The notes under the pieces are model-generated. The model was not told the DNA's origin, did not search any database, and worked only from the letters and a program-made list of their open reading frames with translations. A stretch of 32,000 nt of DNA from Crocosphaera subtropica ATCC 51142. Its GTDB lineage: Bacteria > Cyanobacteriota > Cyanobacteriia > Cyanobacteriales > Microcystaceae. Of this stretch, positions 1 through 9,882 are shown piece by piece; positions within the stretch are counted from its first letter, which is position 1, and every line of letters starts with the position of its first letter. The DNA lies in the NCBI RefSeq assembly GCF_000017845.1, contig NC_010546.1, positions 3,030,001-3,062,000 on the forward strand, in the 5' to 3' direction. The position numbers were made by a program, and so were the translations under genes.

Positions 1-285
1 GCTGGGAACTTGTTCGGCGATCGCTTCTGCATCTTCCCAGACTAAAGTTTTCGGTATATCTAGGGTAGCACGGCGGGCTTTACGACTGCCAGGCACGACA
101 AAAAGCACTTTAGGACCCAATTCATTTAACTGTTCGGTAGCCAATTTTTCAGCCCCTTGACCAATACCAATGGTAGCAACAACTGAAGCGTTACCAATAA
201 TCATGCCTAGCATGGTTAAGCTAGTCCGTAATTTATTGGCAGCTAACATTGAAGTTGCCATTTTAACACTGTCTAAAAAATTCAT
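1..285 (-). CDS. ABC exporter permease, MacB/FtsX-like (DevC-type); N-terminal part only, gene runs off the window
   Basis: My own translation of the minus strand from ATG at 285-283 gives MNFLDSVKMATSMLAANKLRTSLTMLGMIIGNASVVATIGIGQGAEKLATEQLNELGPKVLFVVPG... The first TM helix followed by the start of a periplasmic domain is typical of MacB/DevC permeases. It lies 12 nt downstream of a DevB/HlyD-type adaptor gene. It is absent from the ORF track because it is truncated. Confidence 0.7.
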   Translation of the reverse strand, partial: MNFLDSVKMATSMLAANKLRTSLTMLGMIIGNASVVATIGIGQGAEKLATEQLNELGPKVLFVVPGSRKARRATLDIPKTLVWEDAEAIAEQVPS

Positions 286-297
286 AAAAGTTATTCA

Positions 298-1767
298 TTA
301 AAATAATGATTTATTTTGTTCTTCTTCGGGTAAATCAATAAATACCCTTTCTCCGGGGGTTAATCCAGACAGAATCTGGGTTTTTTCATCTAATACTTGA
401 CCAATGGTAACGGGTTTAAATTTTGGCTTCTCGTTTTCATCCGCCACCATGACCCCAGTTTCTCCATTTTTAGTGACAATAGCGACGGTAGGAACCACCA
501 AAGCATCGTTAATTTCCTGTCCTAAAAAGTTCACATCCACATTCATGCGTGATAATAATTTATCTTGTCCTTCCATTAAGGCAATCGTCACCTCAAATGA
601 GGTCACATTATCTTCTACAACTGCTTCTGGAGCGATTAAAACCACTTGTCCTTTAAATACTTCATTGGGATAAGCATCGGCGGTAATGGTTACTGGTTGT
701 GACTGTTGAATCATAGCAATATCCACTTCTGGGACTTTAGCCACCACTTTTAACCCGCGTGCCAGGGCTAAAATTGAACTGGAGGTGGCTGAGGCTGTGC
801 TGGATGCGGAAGTGGTAGGGGTGACAAATGCCCCTGGGTTGGCGTATTTTTGCGTTACAATGCCGTCAAAAGGAGCGCGAATGGCTGTGTCTTGAAATTG
901 AATCACCATTTGTTCAAGTTCAGCTTTAGCAGCCTCAGCAGCCAATTCTAAGCTAGTGATGTCTATTTTTGCGGTTCTTTTGCGTTCTTCGAGTTGAATT
1001 TGTGCTTCAGCGACCGTTGCTTGAGCGTGTAGCACTTCTTGTTTTAATTGGTCAATTTCTGGGTTTTGGGTCTGGGTTGTCTGTTCTAACCGCTTCTGAA
1101 GTTCCATCAGGCTGGCTTGAGCGTTATTATAGTTGTTGAGCAGTTCATCAAATCGATCTTGAGTGATGGCCCCTTCTCTAAGTAATTCTTCATTGCGTTT
1201 CACACGGGAGGCAGCTAACTCCAAACCTGACTGTGCGGATACGATTTGAGCTTTAATTTGGTCAATTTCTTTAGGAATTCTCTCTGTTGCCCGTTGCAGA
1301 TTGGCTTTTGCTTGTTCTAGCTGAGTTTGTGCTTGAACGTAACGGGTTTGAGCCTGTTGAACTTCACTGGGAATACGAACTTTCGCTGCCTCTAAGTCGG
1401 CTAAGGCTTGATTATATTTAGCTTCGGCAAATTTACCTTGGGCTTTATCCTCACTGTGTTCCATGAGGGCTAAAATTTGCCCTTCTTTGACTTTCATCCC
1501 CTGTTCAACTCGTAACTGCACTAAACGGCCCGGGTTTTTGGGGCTAATATTCACACTTTCAATGGGTTCTACGACTCCACTGGCTTCTATGTCAACAGCG
1601 AGGCTTTCCCGTTGGGCAATGACGGTCATTTTCTCTAGTTTACTCTCGGAAACCGGAGTTTGAGCCATTTTATAGGTTAATCCCCCGACCACCAGTAGTC
1701 CACCTGTCATAACGGCTAAAATCCAAGGAAGAGGACGATTTAATTTATTAGGCACAGGAATTTCCAT
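298..1767 (-). CDS. HlyD/DevB-family membrane-fusion (periplasmic adaptor) subunit of an ABC exporter
   Basis: 489-aa ORF with an N-terminal TM anchor (LPWILAVMTGGLLVVGGL), a long Q/A/E-rich coiled-coil hairpin (aa ~110-290) and a C-terminal beta-rich region. It is immediately followed by the MacB/DevC-like permease gene, which is the devB-devC order. Confidence 0.8.
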   Translation of the reverse strand: MEIPVPNKLNRPLPWILAVMTGGLLVVGGLTYKMAQTPVSESKLEKMTVIAQRESLAVDIEASGVVEPIESVNISPKNPGRLVQLRVEQGMKVKEGQILALMEHSEDKAQGKFAEAKYNQALADLEAAKVRIPSEVQQAQTRYVQAQTQLEQAKANLQRATERIPKEIDQIKAQIVSAQSGLELAASRVKRNEELLREGAITQDRFDELLNNYNNAQASLMELQKRLEQTTQTQNPEIDQLKQEVLHAQATVAEAQIQLEERKRTAKIDITSLELAAEAAKAELEQMVIQFQDTAIRAPFDGIVTQKYANPGAFVTPTTSASSTASATSSSILALARGLKVVAKVPEVDIAMIQQSQPVTITADAYPNEVFKGQVVLIAPEAVVEDNVTSFEVTIALMEGQDKLLSRMNVDVNFLGQEINDALVVPTVAIVTKNGETGVMVADENEKPKFKPVTIGQVLDEKTQILSGLTPGERVFIDLPEEEQNKSLF

Positions 1768-2010
1768 AAAATTGTTTATTTAAGAGATGCAACACCATGA
1801 AAAATTATTTTATCTATACTAGCGTTTCTATAGTGCCATAGCATTACAATACACAGTCTCTCAAGGTTTTGTTGAGAAAATCACCTTATTATTATGATAA
1901 CTCACTCTTAAACAGGGATGATAGGATGATTGAGCAACTTCGTGGCAAAGGTGAAAAAGCTCATTGAAGACTGGATAAGGAAACGGTAGAAAAATTAAGG
2001 AAATAGTTTT

Positions 2011-2868
2011 ATGGTTTTACAAGATGATCGAGATTATCAAATTTTATTTCTCAGTGGTTTTCTAGGATTAGGAATTATTGCCCGTGACTGGTCTTTAAAA
2101 CCTGAATTAATTGTTGTCATTTTCATCAGTTGTTTGTTGACACAATTCTTATTGACCTCTTGGGTTTATTTTTTCAAACAGAATCAGAAAATTAGTTCAA
2201 ATTTATCTCTTATTAATCCTTTATTTATGGCCTCTTGGCGCAGTGCTTTAATTACGGCTTTGGGTTTGTGTTTATTACTACGGGCTAATGATGCTACAAC
2301 TATGATCTTAGCTGGAAGTTTAGCCATTGCTAGTAAGTTCATCTTTCGGGTTAACCAGAAACATTTTTTTAATCCTGCTAATTTTGGCATTATTGCAGCG
2401 TTAACCTTAACCCAAGATGCCTGGGTATCCCCAGGTCAATGGGGTAATGATCTTTGGTTTTTACTGCTATTTCTGGGGGCTGGTGCGATGATTTTAAAAC
2501 GGGTAGGTCGTTGGGAAACTTCGGCAATTTTTTTAGGGTTTTATGCCCTACTAGAAACTATCCGTAATCTTTGGTTAGGATGGAGTTGGGATGTTTTAAG
2601 CCATCATTTAATGACGGGAAGTTTGTTGTTATTTGCTTTATTTATGTTGAGTGATCCCCGTTCTATTCCTAATCATTATATCAGTCGGATAGTCTGGGCG
2701 ATCGCTATTGCTATGGTGACTTTTATGATTCAATATTCTCTTTATCTACCAACAGCCATTTTTTGGGCATTATTTTTCTTATCTCCTCTAACGATTATCC
2801 TTGACTTTTGTTGGTATTCACCTCAATTTACTTGGAAAATTAATTTTAGAAGTCTACCAGAAATATAA
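2011..2868 (+). CDS. Polytopic membrane protein, NqrB/RnfD-like family (stand-alone)
   Basis: 285 aa, almost entirely hydrophobic segments. 'LLLFALFMLSDPRS' resembles the conserved 'FFMATDP' motif of NqrB/RnfD. No other rnf/nqr genes are nearby. Confidence 0.45.
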   Translation: MVLQDDRDYQILFLSGFLGLGIIARDWSLKPELIVVIFISCLLTQFLLTSWVYFFKQNQKISSNLSLINPLFMASWRSALITALGLCLLLRANDATTMILAGSLAIASKFIFRVNQKHFFNPANFGIIAALTLTQDAWVSPGQWGNDLWFLLLFLGAGAMILKRVGRWETSAIFLGFYALLETIRNLWLGWSWDVLSHHLMTGSLLLFALFMLSDPRSIPNHYISRIVWAIAIAMVTFMIQYSLYLPTAIFWALFFLSPLTIILDFCWYSPQFTWKINFRSLPEI

Positions 2869-3001
2869 GGTTAATTTATGAACGAGATTAACTTTCACAA
2901 CCATTATGTACGCTTGCGTACAGACACTTATATTTAGATGGTTTAGTCTAGCCATACATAGATACTCTAAATCATTAGAGAATTTAGGTTAGGGAACAAC
3001 G

Positions 3002-3049
3002 AAAGCTTTAATTTTCTGCCCATCAGTAGGATAAATTAAAGCTTTTTTT
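3002..3049 (+). terminator. Perfect 13-bp stem hairpin followed by a T-run, between convergent genes
   Basis: AAAGCTTTAATTT (3002-3014) pairs perfectly with AAATTAAAGCTTT (3033-3045), with an 18-nt loop. The right arm runs into TTTTTTT (3043-3049). It lies between the stop of the 2011-2868 gene and the stop of glyS (3064). The T-tract is good only on the + strand. Confidence 0.5.
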
Positions 3050-3063
3050 ATTTTGAGGTTAAA

Positions 3064-5199
3064 TCAGTTTTTAACGATAGCACCAAAATCAGCTAAAACC
3101 CGTCCATGATTACGGAGAACCCCTAGTAAATTTAAACGATTTTCTCTGACTTTTTGATTTTCATCCATTACTAAAACACTATTTTCACCATCAAAAAATT
3201 CACTCACTTTAGGAACAATATCCAGTAATCCTTCTGTTAATAACTGATAATTTCTTTCAGATTGTGCTTGGATTGTTTTAGACAATAAAGCCATTAAGCC
3301 ATTATAAAATTCCTGTTCAGAAGACTTTTCAAATAACTTAGTCTCTACTACTTGACTGGGATCTAATACTGTATAGTCTAAGTCTCCTTTGGCTGCTAAA
3401 CGGGTTGAACGGTTGATGGTTTCATAGATTTTATCTAACATTCCATTGCTACGAATTGCTTGTAAAAATTCTGCTCGATCTTTGACATCTAAAAGGTTTT
3501 GTAATGCCCTATCTGTGTATTGGGCATCCGCTTCCCCTAAAACGGCATTGACGAGATCATAATCTATATTGAATTCATCTTGTAATAGGGTTTGTATCCG
3601 TTGAATGAAAAAGGTTTGTAATGCTTCTAAGGGAGATTGTTTATCAACGTGATCCGCCATAAATGCTTCACAGCCTTGTATTAATAATTGGGATAAATTA
3701 ATGGGTAATTGAGCGTCCCAAGTCACACTAATAATAGCATTAGCAGCCCGTCTCAAAGCAAAGGGATCACCAGAACCTGTGGGAATCATCCCCAAGCCAA
3801 ATATACTAATTAAAGTGTCTAAGCGATCGGCAATACCTACCACTTGACCGGTTAAGGTTTTGGGCATGATATCATTCGCCCCACGGGGTAAATAATGTTC
3901 AAAAATACCTTGAGCGACTTGTTCTGATTCCCCACTAACTAGGGCATATTTTTGTCCCATTACCCCTTGTAATTCGGGAAATTCATAGACCATTTGGGTG
4001 ACTAAATCCGCTTTACATAATAGGGCTGTGCTTTCAATTTCTTCTTGTTCTTTTTCTGTGATTTCTAACTGTTCTGCCATTTGTTGTGCCATCTCCATGA
4101 TACGATCAACTTTGTCGCGCATGGTGCCTAATTCTTTTTGAAAGGTGACGTTTTCTAGTTCGGGTAGATAACTATCTAAGGGTTCGTCACAATCAGAGGT
4201 ATAAAAGAATTGTGCATCGGCTAATCTTGCTCTAATCACTCTCTCGTTTCCTTGAGCAATAATGTCTTTTTTGTTGGGATCGCCGTTAGCAATGGTGATG
4301 AAATTGGGTAATAGTTCATTGTCAGATTTCTTCACGGCAAAATATCGCTGATGCTTGACCATTACTGTAATAATAACTTCGGTAGGAAGGTTTAAAAATT
4401 CTGGATCAAACTTTCCTGCAACGGCAGTGGGATATTCAATTAAGTTGATGACTTCTGTTAATAAATCTTCAGGAAGATCGGCTTTTCCTTTTAAGTCTTT
4501 GGCAATGGTTTCGATGTCTTTTTCAATAATTTGCTGACGCTGTTTGGGATCAACTTCTACATAGGCTGATCGTAAGGTTTCTACATAGTCCGATGCTTGA
4601 GAGATACTAACGGGATCAGGGTGTAAAATTCGATGCCCCCGTGATAGGCGATCGCTCTTAATGGTGCTATCTCCGTTAACAATTTCAATGGGTAATATTT
4701 GCTCATCACATAATGCAACCAACCAACGAATTGGACGAGAAAATCTTAATTCTCCATTGCCCCAACGCATGAAGCGTCTACCTTCTAAGCTGTTAATCCA
4801 ATGAGGAATTAATTCCTGTAATATTTCTTTTGTTTGTCTTCCTTTTATTTTTTTCTCCACAAAAACAAAGTCTCCTTTTTCTGTGGGACGAATATCTAAT
4901 TCTTTAATGTCGACTTCCTGTTTACGGGCAAATCCTTCTGCTGCTTTTGTGGGTTTTCCGTTTTTAAAGGCTGCTTTTGCTGGTGGACCTTTGATTACTT
5001 CATCTCGATCTTTTTGTTGTTCTGCCAGTCCAGATATTAAAATAGCTAATCGTCTGGGAGTTCCATAAACAGCAAGGTTATCGGGGGTTAAAAAGTTTTC
5101 TTCTAAACTATTAGGAATTATTTGTTTCCATTGGGCGATCGCTTCATCAATAAAATCTGCGGGTAATTCTTCTGTACCGACTTCCAATAAAAAGAACAT
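3064..5199 (-). CDS. glyS: Glycine--tRNA ligase beta subunit
   Basis: 711 aa. The N-terminus [16 protein letters not shown] is the hallmark GlyS start. Size and the C-terminal anticodon-binding-like region fit the bacterial alpha2beta2 GlyRS beta chain. Confidence 0.93.
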   Translation of the reverse strand: MFFLLEVGTEELPADFIDEAIAQWKQIIPNSLEENFLTPDNLAVYGTPRRLAILISGLAEQQKDRDEVIKGPPAKAAFKNGKPTKAAEGFARKQEVDIKELDIRPTEKGDFVFVEKKIKGRQTKEILQELIPHWINSLEGRRFMRWGNGELRFSRPIRWLVALCDEQILPIEIVNGDSTIKSDRLSRGHRILHPDPVSISQASDYVETLRSAYVEVDPKQRQQIIEKDIETIAKDLKGKADLPEDLLTEVINLIEYPTAVAGKFDPEFLNLPTEVIITVMVKHQRYFAVKKSDNELLPNFITIANGDPNKKDIIAQGNERVIRARLADAQFFYTSDCDEPLDSYLPELENVTFQKELGTMRDKVDRIMEMAQQMAEQLEITEKEQEEIESTALLCKADLVTQMVYEFPELQGVMGQKYALVSGESEQVAQGIFEHYLPRGANDIMPKTLTGQVVGIADRLDTLISIFGLGMIPTGSGDPFALRRAANAIISVTWDAQLPINLSQLLIQGCEAFMADHVDKQSPLEALQTFFIQRIQTLLQDEFNIDYDLVNAVLGEADAQYTDRALQNLLDVKDRAEFLQAIRSNGMLDKIYETINRSTRLAAKGDLDYTVLDPSQVVETKLFEKSSEQEFYNGLMALLSKTIQAQSERNYQLLTEGLLDIVPKVSEFFDGENSVLVMDENQKVRENRLNLLGVLRNHGRVLADFGAIVKN

Positions 5200-5314
5200 A
5201 TTGACTTCAGTTTGATAAGTTAAAATAGGTTATGGAAAAGTATATCTTCTCATCATATCATTATTAGGTTTTAGGATCTATAAAATTTTTATTTTTAAGA
5301 TAATTTTTACTTTT

Positions 5315-6109
5315 TTATTGAAATTTATAAGCAGAGGTCACTTGATAAATTCCTCCAGCCAGTTGAACTTGAATGTCTTGAAAGGCATTTTTTTCTAACC
5401 ATTCAATAATATTACCTTGAGCATAAGTGGCTGAGTAAGGTTCTCTGAACAATTGAGTCAACCATTTCATATGTCTTAATCTATTTTGATTACCATCTAA
5501 AATAATTAACTGTCCTTTGGGCTTGAGTAACCGCCAACTTTCTTTTAGAATGGCTTGAGAAACGGCGTTAGGAACTTCGTGAAAGAGTAAAGAAATGATG
5601 ATTAATTGAAAGGAAGAAGAGGGGATTTCTGTTGATTCAGCGAGTCCTTGTTTCCAAATAATTTCTTGTTGATCTTTCTGGGCTTTTTTGTCTGCTATTA
5701 CTAACATATAAGGAGATAAATCTAAGCCGATCACCACTGCATCAGGAAATGTCTTTTTTAAGTTTATGGTATTTGTTCCTGTCCCACAACCTAACTCCAG
5801 AATTTTTTTAGGGTTTACGGTGATTGCCTTTAATAAATATTGCCGTAGCCATTGTTCACTGGGTAAAGTTGCTAAGGGAGTTATAATATCATAGGTAATG
5901 GCAGCAATAGGATTGAGATAACCGTTTTTGATGCCATGATAGTTAACTAATGTATAATAAGAAGGATAGACTGTCTTACTCCCTTGAAAAGCTCTAATTG
6001 CTTGCTCCCAGTTAATGGTTTTATACCATGTTATTTTTTCTGTTCCCATGACAGTTTCTATCATCTTGTTAAAAAGACTTTTCGGGATTTTCTTTAAGTT
6101 AGTTATCAT
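5315..6109 (-). CDS. Class I SAM-dependent methyltransferase
   Basis: 264 aa with motif I ILELGCGTGTNT and motif II VIGLDLSPYM, followed by a post-I acidic residue pattern. Substrate unknown. Confidence 0.75.
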   Translation of the reverse strand: MITNLKKIPKSLFNKMIETVMGTEKITWYKTINWEQAIRAFQGSKTVYPSYYTLVNYHGIKNGYLNPIAAITYDIITPLATLPSEQWLRQYLLKAITVNPKKILELGCGTGTNTINLKKTFPDAVVIGLDLSPYMLVIADKKAQKDQQEIIWKQGLAESTEIPSSSFQLIIISLLFHEVPNAVSQAILKESWRLLKPKGQLIILDGNQNRLRHMKWLTQLFREPYSATYAQGNIIEWLEKNAFQDIQVQLAGGIYQVTSAYKFQ

Positions 6110-6236
6110 ATAACGATCTCGGTCGTTTTGATCTAAAATAAGGAGAGAATATAAACTTATTTAAGACTAAATTATAACTTATTAATACCTAAAATGCTAT
6201 AGCATACCTAAATTGTTGTCATTGAATGTAAGATTA

Positions 6237-6575
6237 ATGAATTTAAAAGTAGAAGCAAACATTATTAATTATTCCTCCTTTCCATTGATCAAAACCTTAA
6301 TAAAAATTCTCTCTACTGGTTTAATGACTGGGGCAATTATCTGGGAATTAGTGAATATCTATGGAACCCTTAATAATTGGCAATTACCGAGTCACTTAAA
6401 CTGGATTTTTTGGATAGATAGAATTGCTCTTATTAGTCATAGTATAGAAGGGATTATTGCAGCTTATTATGCTAAGTTACAAGACAAAAATCCCTTACAA
6501 TACGGTATCTATACTTTCTTTGTAGGAACAGTGGGTCTGCTAGAATTGAAAACAGGACAAGACGGAAAAGAATAG
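6237..6575 (+). CDS. Small hydrophobic membrane protein, conserved hypothetical
   Basis: The track ORF starts at a TTG (6213); the first ATG is at 6237 (MNLKVEAN...). It has three hydrophobic stretches. Its stop codon TAG (6573-6575) directly abuts the ATG of the next gene. Confidence 0.45.
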   Translation: MNLKVEANIINYSSFPLIKTLIKILSTGLMTGAIIWELVNIYGTLNNWQLPSHLNWIFWIDRIALISHSIEGIIAAYYAKLQDKNPLQYGIYTFFVGTVGLLELKTGQDGKE

Positions 6576-8492
6576 ATGACCATTTTAATCTTACAATCAG
6601 TTGAAAAAGACTTCGGAATCAAAGAGATTTTAAAAGAGGCAACCTTTAGTTTAGAAGAAGGGGATAAAGTTGGTTTAATTGGAACCAATGGTTCGGGTAA
6701 ATCTACCCTCCTTAAAATCATAGCAGGACTAGAACCCATTGATGGAGGAGAATTATGGGTTAATTCGGGGGCTAAAATTGTTTATTTACCCCAACAACCC
6801 AATTTAGATGAAAATCTTACCGTTTTAGAACAGGTTTTTGCTGACTGTGGGGAACAAATGGCACTTATCAGAGAGTATGAAGAAATCTCTCACAAATTAG
6901 CCCATAATCCTCAAGAAACAGATAGTTTAATGTCTCGTTTATCCGCCGTTAACCAACAAATTGAAACCTTAGATGCTTGGGCATTAGAAACCAATGCCAA
7001 AATTGTTTTAAGTCAATTAGGCATCGAAAATTTTGATGCAAAAATTGGAGATTTATCAGGAGGCTATCGCAAAAGAATTGCTTTAGCTTCTGGATTATTA
7101 TCAGAACCCGATGCTTTATTAATGGACGAACCCACAAACCATTTAGATGCCATGTCAGTAGAATGGTTACAAAGTTATTTAAACCGTTATTCAGGGGCAT
7201 TATTATTAATTACCCATGATCGTTACTTCTTAGATAAAGTTACCAATCGTATCATTGAAATTGATCGGGGTGATCTCTATGGCTATTCAGGAAATTACTC
7301 CTATTTCTTAGAAAAAAAAGCAGAGACAGAAGCGTCAGAAATTAGCAGTCAACAGAAACACGCAGGGGTATTAAGACGAGAGTTAGAATGGTTAAAACGG
7401 GGCCCAAAAGCGAGAAGTACCAAGCAAAAAGCCCGTATCGATCGCATTCATGAAATGCAAAACAAAGAGTTTAGACAAACCCAAGGAAAAGTAGAAATCA
7501 CTACCGCTAGTCGTCGTATTGGCAAGAAAGTGATTGAATTAGAGAATATTAATAAAGCCTATGATGATCGGGTTTTAATTAAAGATTTTACCTATATTTT
7601 TAATCCTCAAGATCGAGTAGGAATCATTGGTAAAAATGGGGCAGGAAAGTCAACTTTAATGAATATTATTACAGGAAGAATCGCCCCAGATTCAGGAACA
7701 GTAGATATTGGTCCAACCATTCATTTTGGTTATTTTGATCAACATTCAGAAGACTTATTAGTTAACGAAAATCAACGGGTCATTGATTATTTAAAAGACG
7801 TGGCAGAATTGGTCAAAACTTCTGATGGCAGTGTAATTACTGCATCCCAAATGTTAGAAAGGTTTTTATTTCCTCCTAACCAACAATATGCCCCTATTCA
7901 TAAACTTTCTGGAGGAGAAAAACGAAGATTATTTTTATTACAAGTCTTAATGAGTGCGCCCAACGTCTTAATATTAGATGAACCTACCAATGATTTAGAT
8001 GTACAAACTTTATCTGTTTTAGAAGAATACTTAGAAGAGTTTAATGGTTGTGTTATTGTTGTGTCCCACGATCGCTACTTTTTGGATCGGACAATTGATA
8101 CCATTTTCGCCCTAGAAGAAGGAGGAACCATCAAACAGTATCCTGGGAATTATTCTGTTTATTTAGACTATAAAAAAGCAGCCGAAGAAAAAGAAAAAGA
8201 GTTACAAGTTCAAGTATCTTCTCAAGGGAATAAACCATCAAAACCCTCTAAAAATTCTCAACCCAAGCAATCGAATAAACTCACGTTCAAAGAAAAATAT
8301 GAGTATAAAGACTTAGAGGAAAAAATACCCGTATTAGAAGCAGAAAAAGAAGAATTAGAAGGAAATTTATACAACAATCCCCCTACCGATTTCACTGAAA
8401 TGCAAACCCTAACGGAACGATTATCCCAATTAGTTGAAGAAATTGACAGGGCTACAGAACGATGGTTAGAATTAGCAGAAAGAGAAAGTTAA
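6576..8492 (+). CDS. ABC-F family ATPase (Uup-like, no transmembrane domain)
   Basis: 638 aa with two ABC cassettes: Walker A GTNGSGKST and GKNGAGKST, and signature motifs LSGGYRKR and LSGGEKRR. It also has an inter-domain linker and a K/E-rich C-terminal coiled coil. Confidence 0.9.
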   Translation: MTILILQSVEKDFGIKEILKEATFSLEEGDKVGLIGTNGSGKSTLLKIIAGLEPIDGGELWVNSGAKIVYLPQQPNLDENLTVLEQVFADCGEQMALIREYEEISHKLAHNPQETDSLMSRLSAVNQQIETLDAWALETNAKIVLSQLGIENFDAKIGDLSGGYRKRIALASGLLSEPDALLMDEPTNHLDAMSVEWLQSYLNRYSGALLLITHDRYFLDKVTNRIIEIDRGDLYGYSGNYSYFLEKKAETEASEISSQQKHAGVLRRELEWLKRGPKARSTKQKARIDRIHEMQNKEFRQTQGKVEITTASRRIGKKVIELENINKAYDDRVLIKDFTYIFNPQDRVGIIGKNGAGKSTLMNIITGRIAPDSGTVDIGPTIHFGYFDQHSEDLLVNENQRVIDYLKDVAELVKTSDGSVITASQMLERFLFPPNQQYAPIHKLSGGEKRRLFLLQVLMSAPNVLILDEPTNDLDVQTLSVLEEYLEEFNGCVIVVSHDRYFLDRTIDTIFALEEGGTIKQYPGNYSVYLDYKKAAEEKEKELQVQVSSQGNKPSKPSKNSQPKQSNKLTFKEKYEYKDLEEKIPVLEAEKEELEGNLYNNPPTDFTEMQTLTERLSQLVEEIDRATERWLELAERES

Positions 8493-8539
8493 AATTATTA
8501 ATGTTATAATTAAAAGAAAAGACTAAAGTTGAGGACAAT

Positions 8540-8914
8540 ATGGCAGATTTAAGTAACTTAGTACAAAAAGCATTCTATCTAGGGGTTGGAATTGCTTCCT
8601 ATGCAGCAGAAAAAGGGGGGAAAAATTTACAAGAATTAAGAATTCAAGCTCAAAAAGTCGCTGATGAAATGGTGGCTAGAGGAGAAATAACCGCAGAAGA
8701 AGCCCGCAAATATGTTGACGAGATGATTCAACAAGCCCAACAATCTGACCCTAATGCAACAGATAAAACTAAACAAAAAGAACCTCGTTTGATTGAAATT
8801 GTTTCAGAAGATGATGAAGACAATACCGAAGCATCAAACAAAGAAAATTTAGATGATTTAAAGCAACAAGTCGAATCTTTACAAGACGAATTAAATCGAT
8901 TAAAGCGTCAATAA
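8540..8914 (+). CDS. Small coiled-coil protein, phasin-like (COG3937-type) hypothetical
   Basis: 124 aa. The N-terminal LVQKAFYLGVGIASYAAEKG followed by charged helices resembles phasin/PHA-granule-regulator-like proteins. The assignment is weak. Confidence 0.35.
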   Translation: MADLSNLVQKAFYLGVGIASYAAEKGGKNLQELRIQAQKVADEMVARGEITAEEARKYVDEMIQQAQQSDPNATDKTKQKEPRLIEIVSEDDEDNTEASNKENLDDLKQQVESLQDELNRLKRQ

Positions 8915-8969
8915 TTGACAGTTGATAAGCAAATAATACTTGCTATAAAATTATTTTAGATAAATTGAT

Positions 8970-9395
8970 ATGATGGAAGACTGGCAAAAAGACTTAACAC
9001 AATGGATGGAAAATGTAGCGGTTGCTGTAGAAGGGTTTGTTGATGAAGTGGAACAAACTGTAGAAACAGTTGCTGAGGACTTCCAAAATGATTTAGTCAG
9101 AGAAATTGATCAATTTCTTGATGATGTTCTTACCCCCTTGATTGATGTTTCTATTGAAGAAGAATTTCAGAGTTATTACTACTATCATGAATACAACGAA
9201 GATCCTGATTTCATGCTTTCCCCGAAAATAGAACCCACTCATAATGTCCATCCTGCCTGTCGGGGTTGTATTCATTACCACGGACGACTGCATGGGAGAC
9301 ATTTATTGGTTTGTGGAATGCACCCTTATGGTTCTAATAGTGATTCTTGTCCTGACTGGGAAGGAAATGGAACAAGTCAGAAATCAGAAGTTTAA
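8970..9395 (+). CDS. Hypothetical protein with an acidic N-terminal half and a Cys/His-rich C-terminal module
   Basis: 141 aa. The C-terminus is HPACRGCIHYHGRLHGRHLLVCGMHPYGSNSDSCPDWE (CxxC...C...C plus several His), a putative metal-binding knuckle. Confidence 0.5.
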   Translation: MMEDWQKDLTQWMENVAVAVEGFVDEVEQTVETVAEDFQNDLVREIDQFLDDVLTPLIDVSIEEEFQSYYYYHEYNEDPDFMLSPKIEPTHNVHPACRGCIHYHGRLHGRHLLVCGMHPYGSNSDSCPDWEGNGTSQKSEV

Positions 9396-9401
9396 AATCA
9401 A

Positions 9402-9460
9402 GGTGAGCAAAATTAACCAGTCTTTTTAGTTATTTTATAATCCTTTGAACTTTGCTCACC
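9402..9460. terminator. 10-bp perfect inverted repeat between convergent genes (possible bidirectional terminator)
   Basis: GGTGAGCAAA (9402-9411) pairs with TTTGCTCACC (9451-9460). The 39-nt loop is unusually long. An A-run follows on the + strand (T-run on the minus-strand side upstream of the stem), so terminator function is uncertain. Confidence 0.3.
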
Positions 9461-9480
9461 CTACAGTCAAAAAAAGAAAA

Positions 9481-9882
9481 CTAAGTTTCTAATGTTTGAA
9501 TTAATGACTCAACTTTTTCCTTAATTTCATCTCGAACACGGTAAAAGGTTTCTAAAGGTTGTCCATCGGGATCATCTAATTGCCAATCTTCAAAAATATC
9601 CCTTAATACCCATTCTTGAGGTAAGTTAACCCCACAACCACATAAAGAAATGACTGCATCATAGTTGTGTGCATCAAACTTACTTAAAGGATCGGAGGTT
9701 TGATCAGTAATATTAATACCAATTTCCTCCATCACTTTAATAGCAGTGGGATGGACTCGACTCGCTTCTAAACCTGAACTGCTGACCTCTATTTTCCCTT
9801 TTCCTAGGGTTGTAGCAAAACCTTCTGCCATCTGGGAACGGCAAGAATTCCGTTTACAAACAAACATTACTTTCTTCATCAT
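9481..9882 (-). CDS. arsC: Arsenate reductase, LMW-PTPase fold (Synechocystis ArsC type)
   Basis: 133 aa. The N-terminus [21 protein letters not shown] carries the CX5R(S) P-loop. Further Cys residues (SLCGCG) fit the cyanobacterial hybrid ArsC. Its start overlaps the arsH stop (ATGATGA). Confidence 0.88.
   Translation of the reverse strand: MMKKVMFVCKRNSCRSQMAEGFATTLGKGKIEVSSSGLEASRVHPTAIKVMEEIGINITDQTSDPLSKFDAHNYDAVISLCGCGVNLPQEWVLRDIFEDWQLDDPDGQPLETFYRVRDEIKEKVESLIQTLET

Noticed and set aside
404-1663. Track ORFs 404-673 (+) and 1463-1663 (+).
   Set aside because: They are antisense shadows inside the well-supported HlyD/DevB-type gene, with low-complexity translations and no motifs.
2907-2922. 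Near-perfect 16-bp palindrome TGTACGC-TT-GCGTACA in the spacer after the RnfD-like gene.
   Set aside because: The 2-nt centre is too tight for an RNA hairpin. It sits downstream of both convergent genes, with no promoter to regulate. I found no second copy in the window.
4355-5068. Track ORFs 4355-4537 (+) and 4883-5068 (+). The same reasoning applies to 2184-2390, 6509-6739, 6949-7200, 9093-9302, 9244-9429, 9746-9967, 10561-10770, 11455-11691, 12116-12409, 12504-12692, 13869-14081, 16886-17089, 17757-17981 and 19094-19297.
   Set aside because: All lie opposite to, or out of frame with, much longer ORFs that carry clear family motifs. These are typical antisense ORFs in AT-rich DNA.
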